DNA from: an archaeon
Lineage (GTDB): Archaea > Iainarchaeota > Iainarchaeia > Iainarchaeales > CSSED10-239
Length of the DNA: 32,000 nt
Assembly (NCBI GenBank): GCA_035400625.1
Contig: DAOMZT010000002.1
Location: 30,001 to 62,000, forward strand
Direction of reading: 5' to 3'
The notes below the pieces were generated by a model that saw nothing but the letters and a program-made list of their open reading frames with translations, was not told the origin of the DNA and did not search any database. Below are positions 15,805-24,152 of this stretch, in pieces. Position numbers and translations under genes: made by a program. Numbering within the stretch: position 1 is the stretch's first letter; each line of letters starts with the position of its first letter.

Positions 15805-18023
15805 AATACCAAATTTGCTATTATTATAGTTAATATAAACAAAACAACTGCAACTGGAAGAGTTTGCGATATCCTGTATTTTACTAATGTCATATTTTCT
15901 TGTTCAATCATTGTTGTAAAATAAGTCATTATTAGAACAATCTCAATCAAATAAATTGCAACAATAATAGTAAAAGAAGTTGCACTTGCAAGCTTGCCAA
16001 TAACATCAACATTAATGGCCGTGCCAAAAGAAGATACAGCACTTAAATCCATTCCTAATTCTGCAAGATTTGTACTTTCTAAAGATTTTGCCATATCTTG
16101 TATCGCCCCAGAACTTGCAACAGAAGCCAGAGTAGAAATAACAACTTTATGAAGAGTTGTTGTTACACCAAGAATAATCGGACCAATAAACTTAGCCATA
16201 CTATTTAATGTTGCAGTAATCTCAGCAATGAGAACAGAAAGCAAACGATTAATCTCATCAGTATTTCTTAGTTGCATAGAATATGAGATTAAGGTTTTTG
16301 CAGCAACATTAACACCCATCTGCACAGAATCAACAACAAGTTGCATAGCACTATTAATTATTGTTGAAGGATTATTCTTTAATGCACCATAATTTCTATC
16401 AAAGACAGCAGATTGTAAAGTTAAACCAAGTATTCTGATATTATCAACAGTTTTGCCAAAAATATCCTTTGCTACAGTAGACTTTGGCAAAAACCTTCTA
16501 GTATGATCAAAAGCATCTTCAATTGGCTTGTTTTCTCCAAGTCTGCTTGCAATAATATAGAGTGAGTCTTTAAATTCTTTTTCTTGAGTTTCGGTTGCAA
16601 GTTGTATTTTTCTCTTATAGACACTTGTAGTGTACGCCCATAAAGAAATTGAAGCAGCAACTGCCAATAATATGGAAAAAATCAGATAATAAGGAGTTAT
16701 TGAATTTTTAGGGTCTTGCCAAAACCTTACTTCATCAGCACACATAAATGTAGGGTCTGCTAATTGTTGTTGCCTTTCTTCTCTTGTACAGTCCCAGTTT
16801 GGGGTGGCTGTGCCATGTTCCCTTTCTAGAATCTTTTCTTTGGTCATACCATAAGATTTTTGTAAAGTAAAGCCAATCGCAGTAAAACCTACTAGAAGTA
16901 TTGCAATAATTATAAAAACATTAATTTGAGTATTTTTAATTCTTAAATGATTCTTTTTTGGAAGTCCAGGAAAATCAGAAGGAATATTTGGTGGTTGGTA
17001 GGTTGGTGGCCTTTTTTTAATAACATTTCGAGCATATAAAAAACAAGCAAGTGGTATAAAAATATTATAAATTAAAATCAAATAAATTGGTTGAGCAAGA
17101 GCAGAACCAGAAAATGCTGAGCCGACAGGTAAAACAATAATCAATAATAATGGTAATAATATACCTAGATAAAACATAATTGTTGCTGGCTGATTTAAAG
17201 TTCTGGCATAGTCTTCAAGTTTGCCTTTTACAGAATCTAGAGTTTCAGACATAGTCTGATCAAGAAGCTGATATCTTTTGCTTTCTGAAGATTCAATAAT
17301 TGATGCTCTAATCTTCATTAATCCTTTCTTTAATTCTATAGAAATATCTCCCCAACGATAAGCCAAATCATCTAAACCTTCAGCAACACTGTTTTTTATT
17401 CCAACCTTTACTTCCCACAATAATTTTTTAAGATCTTCTGCAATCTTTCCATGTCCATGTTCTGAAGCAAACTCTATTGCTTTTTCTAGATTAGGAACTA
17501 GTTTCATAGACATTATCATATAACCTAATATCTCAGGAACAAAAGTTAGTGCCTTAATCTTCTCATCAGAAACTTTCTTTAAAGGATATCTTTGAACAGA
17601 AATAAAAGCAAAAATAAAAAGACCAAAAGGTATTCCAAAAATCAAGAATAAAGCCATCATTGAACTACCAAAGGCTTCAGATAATATACTATATAGAAAA
17701 AAATAAGATAAACCAGAAATTAACAAAGCAAGAAACAACCCTGCAAACAAAACAAACTTTGTTGTTGCTGTATATTCTTCTGCTGTTAAATCCCAATCAA
17801 GAAAATCAATTGCCTTTTGATATTCTTCATTGTATTTCCCATTAACTCCAAGGCTTGGAAACTTTTGATGAACCTTTTTACATAAAGTTACATATTTATT
17901 AGATGTTCTTTTTGTAAGCTTATCTGATGGTTTAGAAAAATCCCTGGAATCTACTGATATGGAACTATAAATTTCGCCAGGGTTCTCTACAGAAGCCTTG
18001 AATTTTTTATATTTATCAGACAT
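15801..18023 (-). CDS. FlaJ/TadC/PilC-like type IV filament platform protein (two T2SSF-like repeats), about 740 aa
   Basis: Polytopic protein with two helical cytoplasmic modules, each followed by TM helices: IKALTFVPEILGYMIMSMKLVPNLEKAIEFASEHGHGKIAEDLKKLLWEVKVG... and KDSLYIIASRLGENKPIEDAFDHTRRF...VFDRNYGALKNNPS.... The start is placed at ATG 18023 (MSDKYKKF). The ORF-track start at 18131 would run through the AT-rich promoter region. Confidence 0.7.
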   Translation of the reverse strand: MSDKYKKFKASVENPGEIYSSISVDSRDFSKPSDKLTKRTSNKYVTLCKKVHQKFPSLGVNGKYNEEYQKAIDFLDWDLTAEEYTATTKFVLFAGLFLALLISGLSYFFLYSILSEAFGSSMMALFLIFGIPFGLFIFAFISVQRYPLKKVSDEKIKALTFVPEILGYMIMSMKLVPNLEKAIEFASEHGHGKIAEDLKKLLWEVKVGIKNSVAEGLDDLAYRWGDISIELKKGLMKIRASIIESSESKRYQLLDQTMSETLDSVKGKLEDYARTLNQPATIMFYLGILLPLLLIIVLPVGSAFSGSALAQPIYLILIYNIFIPLACFLYARNVIKKRPPTYQPPNIPSDFPGLPKKNHLRIKNTQINVFIIIAILLVGFTAIGFTLQKSYGMTKEKILEREHGTATPNWDCTREERQQQLADPTFMCADEVRFWQDPKNSITPYYLIFSILLAVAASISLWAYTTSVYKRKIQLATETQEKEFKDSLYIIASRLGENKPIEDAFDHTRRFLPKSTVAKDIFGKTVDNIRILGLTLQSAVFDRNYGALKNNPSTIINSAMQLVVDSVQMGVNVAAKTLISYSMQLRNTDEINRLLSVLIAEITATLNSMAKFIGPIILGVTTTLHKVVISTLASVASSGAIQDMAKSLESTNLAELGMDLSAVSSFGTAINVDVIGKLASATSFTIIVAIYLIEIVLIMTYFTTMIEQENMTLVKYRISQTLPVAVVLFILTIIIANLVL

Positions 18024-18130
18024 TATACATCTATTTTTTAATAATAAAATATATTTATAGAGGAAAGAAACATTTAAATACATGTTTATTTTATATTTTA
18101 TTAATGTAATAAAAATTAAGGAGCGATTCA
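18024..18130. promoter_or_regulatory. divergent promoter region (pilus-like operon versus ferredoxin operon)
   Basis: 107-nt AT-rich gap with several TATA-like boxes (TTTAAATA, ATATATTTATA). TAAGGAG lies 7 nt upstream of the ferredoxin ATG. Confidence 0.4.
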
Positions 18131-18322
18131 ATGGGATTTAAAATCATACAAGATAAAAACAAATGTGTGGGTTGTGGAGCTTGTGTTGCTGTTTGCCCAG
18201 ATAATTGGGTACACCAAGGCGATAAACCCGTACCAAAAAAAGTAAAAATTACAGAAATAGGCTGTAACCAGGTTGCTGCAGATAGTTGCCCGGTTTCTTG
18301 TATAAAGATTGAAAAAGAATGA
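18131..18322 (+). CDS. small single-cluster 4Fe-4S (or 3Fe-4S) ferredoxin
   Basis: 63 aa with CVGCGACVAVCP plus a distal SCPVSC. Strong SD upstream. Confidence 0.85.
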   Translation: MGFKIIQDKNKCVGCGACVAVCPDNWVHQGDKPVPKKVKITEIGCNQVAADSCPVSCIKIEKE

Positions 18323-19191
18323 ATAAGTTATATTTTGGAACTGCGGGAATTCCAGGTATATCAAATGGAGTAATACCAAAGGTAAAAGATCAAACCACCA
18401 AAGGAATATTAGAAGTTGCTTCTTTTGATCTTGATGCTTTAGAGATTGAGTTTGTTAGAGGAGTTTATCTTAAGCTTAATAACAAAGAAAAACTACAAGA
18501 GATAAGAAAGACCGCAGAAGAAAAAAACATTCTTCTTAGTATTCATTGTCCTTATTATATCAACCTTAGTTCTTTTGATCCAGAGATTATTAGAAATAGC
18601 ATAGGTTATATTACAAACTCACTATTAGTTGGACAAGAAATCGGTTCCAAAATCGCATTGTTTCACCCTGGCTATTTTCAAAACCAAGAAAGGGCAATTG
18701 TTCTTGAAAAAATATCTCTTGGCCTAGAGAAGATAATCTCAGAACTTGACAAGCGTGGAAATAAAGAAAAAATAAATATTGGCTTAGAGCTTACAGGAAA
18801 AGAAACGCAAGTCGGTTCTCTTGAAGACATCTTTTATTTCTATGATAAATACAAAGAAGAAAGGGTTTTACCAGTAATTGACTTTTCTCACCAGCACGCC
18901 AGAAAAAACGGATATTTTAAAGAGCAAAAAAATATAAACTCTTTTTTTGAAAAACTAAATAGTTATCCAGATTATGTTAAGCAAATGCATTGCCATATGT
19001 CAGGAATTGAATATTCACCAAAAGGCGAGAGAAACCATGTTATGCTTGAAGATAAAGTAAATGATTTTCCTTACAAAAAGATCCTTGAAAAATTGGTAGA
19101 GAGTAAAGCAAACGGTGTTATAATTTCAGAAAGCCCAATACCTCACAAAGATGCCCTACTTCTAAAAAAAGAATATGAAAAGATAAAATAA
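18319..19191 (+). CDS. AP endonuclease family 2 / endonuclease IV-like TIM-barrel protein
   Basis: Ordered metal-ligand-like motifs IHCPY, FHPGY, LELTG, IDFSHQHA, CHMSG, NHVMLED and ISESP match the Endo IV ligand order as I recall it. ATGA overlap with the ferredoxin gene. Confidence 0.6.
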   Translation: MNKLYFGTAGIPGISNGVIPKVKDQTTKGILEVASFDLDALEIEFVRGVYLKLNNKEKLQEIRKTAEEKNILLSIHCPYYINLSSFDPEIIRNSIGYITNSLLVGQEIGSKIALFHPGYFQNQERAIVLEKISLGLEKIISELDKRGNKEKINIGLELTGKETQVGSLEDIFYFYDKYKEERVLPVIDFSHQHARKNGYFKEQKNINSFFEKLNSYPDYVKQMHCHMSGIEYSPKGERNHVMLEDKVNDFPYKKILEKLVESKANGVIISESPIPHKDALLLKKEYEKIK

Positions 19192-19193
19192 AA

Positions 19194-19664
19194 TTATAAT
19201 AAATCCCAATCTTTTCCATCACTCTTTCCTTTTAATCTTTCTTTTGCTGAAAGAGTATTTTTTGGAGAAATACCGTGTCTTTGTGGAATTGGTTGCTGAG
19301 CAGATCTTTTCATAATATTTGATTGTCTTGCTTCTAAATCATCAATGTCTTTATCATTTTCTTCAGCCACATATTCTTTTTCTGCAACCTCTATCTTTTC
19401 AATATCGTCATTATAAGGGTCATCTTTTCTAATAACCTCACAATCACTTTCTGGGCCTGCTGCTTTTAAAGTTGGTTTTGCACTGCTTGTTGCTGCTGCA
19501 TATCTTTGACTATCTTTTGATTTCTTCATAACATTTATTTTATCTATGCTGTCTTGAGACATAGCCCCAATATAACCACATTGCCTACATTTTTGGCTAC
19601 CACTTGCATAATCTAATCCTACATTCAAAGAATAACATTTTGGACAATATTTATATAATACCAT
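19194..19664 (-). CDS. zinc-ribbon protein with acidic disordered C-terminal region, unknown function
   Basis: CPKCYS...CRQCGY at the N-terminus; the remainder is low complexity. Confidence 0.5.
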   Translation of the reverse strand: MVLYKYCPKCYSLNVGLDYASGSQKCRQCGYIGAMSQDSIDKINVMKKSKDSQRYAAATSSAKPTLKAAGPESDCEVIRKDDPYNDDIEKIEVAEKEYVAEENDKDIDDLEARQSNIMKRSAQQPIPQRHGISPKNTLSAKERLKGKSDGKDWDLL

Positions 19665-19774
19665 TTTAAATTCACCTTTTTATTTTTTTAATTAATATGA
19701 TAAATACAAATGTTTAAAAGCATATTTTTTATTTAATCTATAATATAACATAACAGAAAGGAGTGTAAAACAAA

Positions 19775-20959
19775 ATGATCAATAACAAAAATACAGGCGT
19801 AATCGCATATGGAGTAAAGACAGGGATCATTACCCCAAAAGATAAAATTGTAGAAATTATAAAAACAACATTTAAGAAAAACCCAGAACTTTTAAAAAAT
19901 GAAGATATTTTGTGTGTAAAAGAAGCTGTTGTTGCAATCACACAAAACAATTTCGTAAATCTTTCAGATATAAGTAAAGACATTAATAACAAATTAAAAC
20001 TCAAAAAAAATTCAAAAATAGGAGTGTTGTTTCCAATAACTTCAAGAAACAGATTTTCTTTAATACTTCAAGCAATTGCAAGTTCAGTACCTAATGGAAA
20101 AGTAATAGTGCAATTGTCTTTTCCTGCTGATGAACAAGGAAATCAAATAATTTCTGAAGATTTCTTAAGAAAGAAAAAATTAAAATCAGAAGATAAGATT
20201 ACTTTACAAATGATTGGAAAAAACAGATTTTTACATCCAGAAACTGGAATGGACTATATAAAATTCTATGAGGATATTATTAAGGAAAAAGGGGCAAAAG
20301 CAGAAATTTTTCTGTCTAATAACCCAGAAGATATTATTAAATCAAAAATTGATGGGTTAATAATTTCAAATGTACATGATAGAAATAATTTGCTTAAAAA
20401 AATAAAACCGAAATTTAAAAACACAATCACACTTCAGGACATCTGCTCTGACAAAAATGAAAAGGCACACTCTGAATATGGGCTTTTAGGTTCAAACATA
20501 CTTGATCCTGACAAAGGGCTATTAAAATTGCCACCAAGAGATGCAGACAAGGTTTGTCTTGAAATTCAAAAAATGGTCAAAAAAGAATTTAAAAAAAATA
20601 TAGAAGTTATGGTGTATGGCGATGGGGCATATAAAGATCCAGATACTGGAATTTATGAACTTGCAGACCCTGTATGTGCATTTGGAGTAACACAAGGAAT
20701 TCAAAATACAAGAAGAGTGGGTGTAAAAACCAAATATCTAATGCAAAAACTCTATAGCGAAGGCAAAAGCAAAGAAGAAATAATAAAAGCAATAGAAAGA
20801 GAAAAGAAAAGAATAATGAGTGGAACAGACAAAGGGGAAATTGCTTGTGAAGGAACTACACCAAGAAAAGTTAAAAACCTTGTAGCAAGTCTTGCTGATT
20901 TAGTTTCTGGTAGTGCAGATGCAAACACACCTGTTGTTATTGTAAGAGGTTTTATATAG
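19775..20959 (+). CDS. CofE-like (F420-0:gamma-glutamyl ligase family) protein, elongated (394 aa)
   Basis: DILCVKEAVVAITQNNF, GLLGSNILDP, MVYGDGAYKDPDTG and the C-terminal LADLVSGSADANTPVVIVRGF resemble CofE-family signatures. AAGGAG lies upstream. Confidence 0.5.
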   Translation: MINNKNTGVIAYGVKTGIITPKDKIVEIIKTTFKKNPELLKNEDILCVKEAVVAITQNNFVNLSDISKDINNKLKLKKNSKIGVLFPITSRNRFSLILQAIASSVPNGKVIVQLSFPADEQGNQIISEDFLRKKKLKSEDKITLQMIGKNRFLHPETGMDYIKFYEDIIKEKGAKAEIFLSNNPEDIIKSKIDGLIISNVHDRNNLLKKIKPKFKNTITLQDICSDKNEKAHSEYGLLGSNILDPDKGLLKLPPRDADKVCLEIQKMVKKEFKKNIEVMVYGDGAYKDPDTGIYELADPVCAFGVTQGIQNTRRVGVKTKYLMQKLYSEGKSKEEIIKAIEREKKRIMSGTDKGEIACEGTTPRKVKNLVASLADLVSGSADANTPVVIVRGFI

Positions 20960-22337
20960 AATAATTAGAAATTAATTTTTGCTTTTCTTTATCTATAATT
21001 CCTTGAGCTGCGATAATTCCGGTTATTGCTGCACCAACAATGTTACCAGAAACTCCTGCACCGTCTCCAACCATAAATAAATTTTTAATTTGTGTTTCAA
21101 GATATTTATTTGTTTTTATCTTTGTAGATCTGAATTTTACTTCTGGAGCATAAAGAAAAGTGGAATCTCCTTTTAAGCCAGGAAGAATCTTATCAAGCAT
21201 TTCTATTCCTTCAATTAGATTTTTTGTAATTCTGTAAGGTAAAGCTAACCCAATATCTCCAGGTATTGCCTCCTTTAAAGATGGAGAAATATGAGCATGT
21301 TGTAATCTTCTATATGTGCTTCTTCTGCCAGCCTGTAAATCTTTAAATCTTTGAACAATTGGCTTTCCTCCACCAACTAATGTCGCACCTTGTGCTACAA
21401 AGTTTGCATAAAGTCTTGTGTTTTCAAGTGGCTCTGTTAACTTGACTTCTGTGACTAATGCAAAGTTAGAGTTTTTACCATCTAGGTTATGATTACTATA
21501 GCCATTAACGCAAACAAAATCATCATACTCTTCAGTAGCTACATAGCCATTAGGACACGGACAAAAAGTTCTAACCACATCATCATATGTTTTAGAATAC
21601 ATTAGGTATACTGTTTCATACATTAATTCTGCGTGCTTTGCAATCAGTGCAGCAGGGAATTCTACTCTTACTCCAACTTCTATCTTATCATAGAGCTTTT
21701 CAAGATTATATTTTTGTGAGAGTTTTTCAACCCAAGAAGAATTGTATCTGCCTGGTGCACAAATTACATATTTTGCATTAAGTTCAGTGCCATCAATTAA
21801 TTTTACTCCATAAATCACATTATCCTTAACAAGCAAATCAACAACTTCTGTGTTTGGCAATAACTCTATGTTATGTTTCTTAAGGTGATTTTCTATATTT
21901 TGAATAACAGCAGGAAGTCTATCTGTTCCAACATGTATTGTTTTACGAATAAATAGTTTAATATTATTTTTTTGAGCAATATCAACAATTTCCTGTGTTT
22001 TCTTTAAATCTTTAGGATAATATTCTGGAGGCACTCCAAAATCAATAAATAGTTTTTCAACATAATCTAGATATTCTTGATATTCAGATATAGAATAAAG
22101 ATGAAACATCTTTTCGTGGCTTAAGACAGGAGTAAAATGAAGCTTACCATCAGAAAAAGTCCCAGAACCACCAAAGCCAGTCATAACATCTGTTTTTTGC
22201 CTGTTTTCTACCAATTGCCCTTTATCTATCAATAATATTTTAAGATCTTTAGTAGAAACTGATTTTGTTAATTCGTATGCTGAAAAAATACCAGCAGGTC
22301 CTGCACCTATAATAATAATGTCGTAATTGTTTGTCAT
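20952..22337 (-). CDS. FAD-dependent oxidoreductase (COG2509-like uncharacterised dehydrogenase)
   Basis: YDIIIIGAGPAGIFSAYEL dinucleotide-binding motif, GFGGSGTFSDGKL, and the C-terminal MVGDGAGVSGNIVGAAITG. Confidence 0.8.
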   Translation of the reverse strand: MTNNYDIIIIGAGPAGIFSAYELTKSVSTKDLKILLIDKGQLVENRQKTDVMTGFGGSGTFSDGKLHFTPVLSHEKMFHLYSISEYQEYLDYVEKLFIDFGVPPEYYPKDLKKTQEIVDIAQKNNIKLFIRKTIHVGTDRLPAVIQNIENHLKKHNIELLPNTEVVDLLVKDNVIYGVKLIDGTELNAKYVICAPGRYNSSWVEKLSQKYNLEKLYDKIEVGVRVEFPAALIAKHAELMYETVYLMYSKTYDDVVRTFCPCPNGYVATEEYDDFVCVNGYSNHNLDGKNSNFALVTEVKLTEPLENTRLYANFVAQGATLVGGGKPIVQRFKDLQAGRRSTYRRLQHAHISPSLKEAIPGDIGLALPYRITKNLIEGIEMLDKILPGLKGDSTFLYAPEVKFRSTKIKTNKYLETQIKNLFMVGDGAGVSGNIVGAAITGIIAAQGIIDKEKQKLISNYSI

Positions 22338-22424
22338 TAAATAATTATAAACCTAAAATAATTTAAATATAATTGTATATCAAATTGTTTGTGTAGGTAA
22401 AAATGACAAAACTAAAAGAAATCT

Positions 22425-23378
22425 CTATTGTATGATATCATCTATATCAGAAATAACAAAACCACTTGCTTTAGGGTGGCCATTGCCACCATATTTTCTT
22501 GCAATTTCGGAACAATCAATTGATTTAGATCTTAAACTTACTTTATCAAAATTTTGTTTTTCTCCTGATTTTGCATAACTCTTATACCAAACAATAACCA
22601 ACTCAATATCATCGTAATCTTTATTATTAAAAATATAATCAGAAACAAAACCAGGCTTAAACTGAGAATTTAAAACAAAAGCATTATATCCTTCAAAGGT
22701 TGTTTTCTTGCCTTTATTTATGTCATCTTTTACTTTTGTTTTTATATAAACATCTATTAGTTTTCCTTGATTAGCGATTTCTGCTATTTGAGAATTAAAA
22801 TATTCATCATTGAAATATTTCAAGAAAAGATTTATAATTTCAAATTCTTTTTCTGGATTGTCTTTGTCATTAATTTGCATATATAAAAAATCTACATATT
22901 GTAATATTTCATTAGAATTTGGCAATTCCCATTTCCAGATATCCATATCCTCAACATATCTTGAAAAAAGACAAGGCTTTTTATCAAAATATCTCCAAAC
23001 GATTGTTGATGTTGCCATCAAATCGTGTCTCATGCCAGGTATATCATATTTAGAAAGCTCATCTATTGTGTTTTTGTGATGATCAAACCATATGAAGTTT
23101 TCTTTATATTTCTCTAAAAGCTGAAGCATAATGTTTTTATTAAAACAGAAATCTAAAACAACAACCCTATCAAATCTATCCCAATCAAAACCACAATCAG
23201 AGAAATATTCAAAAATATTCTTTATACCATAATGCACTTCAAAAAAGAAATAATCTTTTCTAAGATCTTCATAGCTTGGAATTTTGTTGTCGTGATTTTG
23301 CATATAATCGTTATAAGTAAAACCTAAAGCAGAAGTTAACCCATCAACATCATTATGATAAAAAATTAGTGTTTTCAT
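22425..23378 (-). CDS. DHH/DHHA1 family phosphoesterase (NrnA/RecJ-like)
   Basis: Motifs YHNDVDGLTSA, VVVLDF, FDHHKNT and GGNGHPKASGF. Confidence 0.8.
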   Translation of the reverse strand: MKTLIFYHNDVDGLTSALGFTYNDYMQNHDNKIPSYEDLRKDYFFFEVHYGIKNIFEYFSDCGFDWDRFDRVVVLDFCFNKNIMLQLLEKYKENFIWFDHHKNTIDELSKYDIPGMRHDLMATSTIVWRYFDKKPCLFSRYVEDMDIWKWELPNSNEILQYVDFLYMQINDKDNPEKEFEIINLFLKYFNDEYFNSQIAEIANQGKLIDVYIKTKVKDDINKGKKTTFEGYNAFVLNSQFKPGFVSDYIFNNKDYDDIELVIVWYKSYAKSGEKQNFDKVSLRSKSIDCSEIARKYGGNGHPKASGFVISDIDDIIQ

Positions 23379-23438
23379 ATTTATTTCGCTTTATTATTTA
23401 TAAATAAATAAAATATAAAAAGATTAAAAAGAGGTAGG

Positions 23439-24044
23439 TTATTTATATTTCTGTTTTTCATTTATAAACCATACAAAAACCAAAAATATTATCAAAATCA
23501 ATATAGTTAATATAAGATAATTTGAATTGAATAATGGTTTCTTAATTGGTTTTGTAATATTTTGATCAGTCATGCCGGTTACTACTACTGCTTCTGTTGT
23601 TACATTTGTAGAATCTCTTGCAACCAATGTGGAGTTCTCTGCAGATGTTGTCATCATGTCTACTGAATTTAGCTGAGTTGAACCTTTCCCTGTTGCAGAA
23701 CCCAAATTCATAAACAACCCTAACATAACAAGTAAACCTAGACCAACAACAACACAGATTAACAAGGTTAAGAAAAGCTTAGTTTCGTTAGGCCTTAATA
23801 TTCCTTTTCCTTTTAAAGTTAAAGAATAATATTTCCATTTTCTTAAAGAAGCTTCTTTTCTAACTAGGCCTGCCTTTGAAAGAACATCTAGATGTTCCTT
23901 GATTGTTGGGCCACTAAGTTTTAAGGATTTTGAAAGATCAGAAAGAGTGTGTTTTTTCTTATCTAATTGTTTAAGTATATTTAAACGGGTATCTGAAGCT
24001 ATTGCTTTTAAAGTATCTTTGTCAATAGTGATCTTCTCATCCAT
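23439..24044 (-). CDS. ArsR-type winged-helix transcription regulator with two C-terminal TM helices
   Basis: LKAIASDTRLNILKQLDKKKHTLSDLSKSLKLSGPTIKEHLDVLSKAGLV (HTH), then LFLTLLICVVVGLGLLVMLGLFM, a Ser/Thr-rich linker and YLILTILILIIFLVFVWFI. Confidence 0.75.
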   Translation of the reverse strand: MDEKITIDKDTLKAIASDTRLNILKQLDKKKHTLSDLSKSLKLSGPTIKEHLDVLSKAGLVRKEASLRKWKYYSLTLKGKGILRPNETKLFLTLLICVVVGLGLLVMLGLFMNLGSATGKGSTQLNSVDMMTTSAENSTLVARDSTNVTTEAVVVTGMTDQNITKPIKKPLFNSNYLILTILILIIFLVFVWFINEKQKYK

Positions 24045-24052
24045 ATAAACAA

Positions 24053-24105
24053 TTTAGGTTCTTTGTGTTTTTAAATATTAGTATTTACTTAGGACAAAAC
24101 CTAAA
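24053..24105. promoter_or_regulatory. inverted repeat in the divergent ArsR/MFS promoter region (candidate operator)
   Basis: TTTAGGTT (24053-24060) and AACCTAAA (24098-24105) are perfect reverse complements. They flank a TTTTTAAATATTA box, and a third TTAGG lies between them. Confidence 0.35.
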
Positions 24106-24152
24106 AGCATAATTTAAATTGATTTTTGTTATATTATTATATTGATCTTCAT

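Noticed and set aside
18024-18131. The ORF-track start at 18131 for the platform gene gives a 36-aa N-terminal extension (MNRSLIFITLIKYKINMYLNVSFLYKYILLLKNRCI).
   Set aside because: The extension is the translation of an AT-rich promoter-like spacer and abuts the divergent ferredoxin start codon. ATG 18023 (MSDKYKKF...) is a more plausible start.
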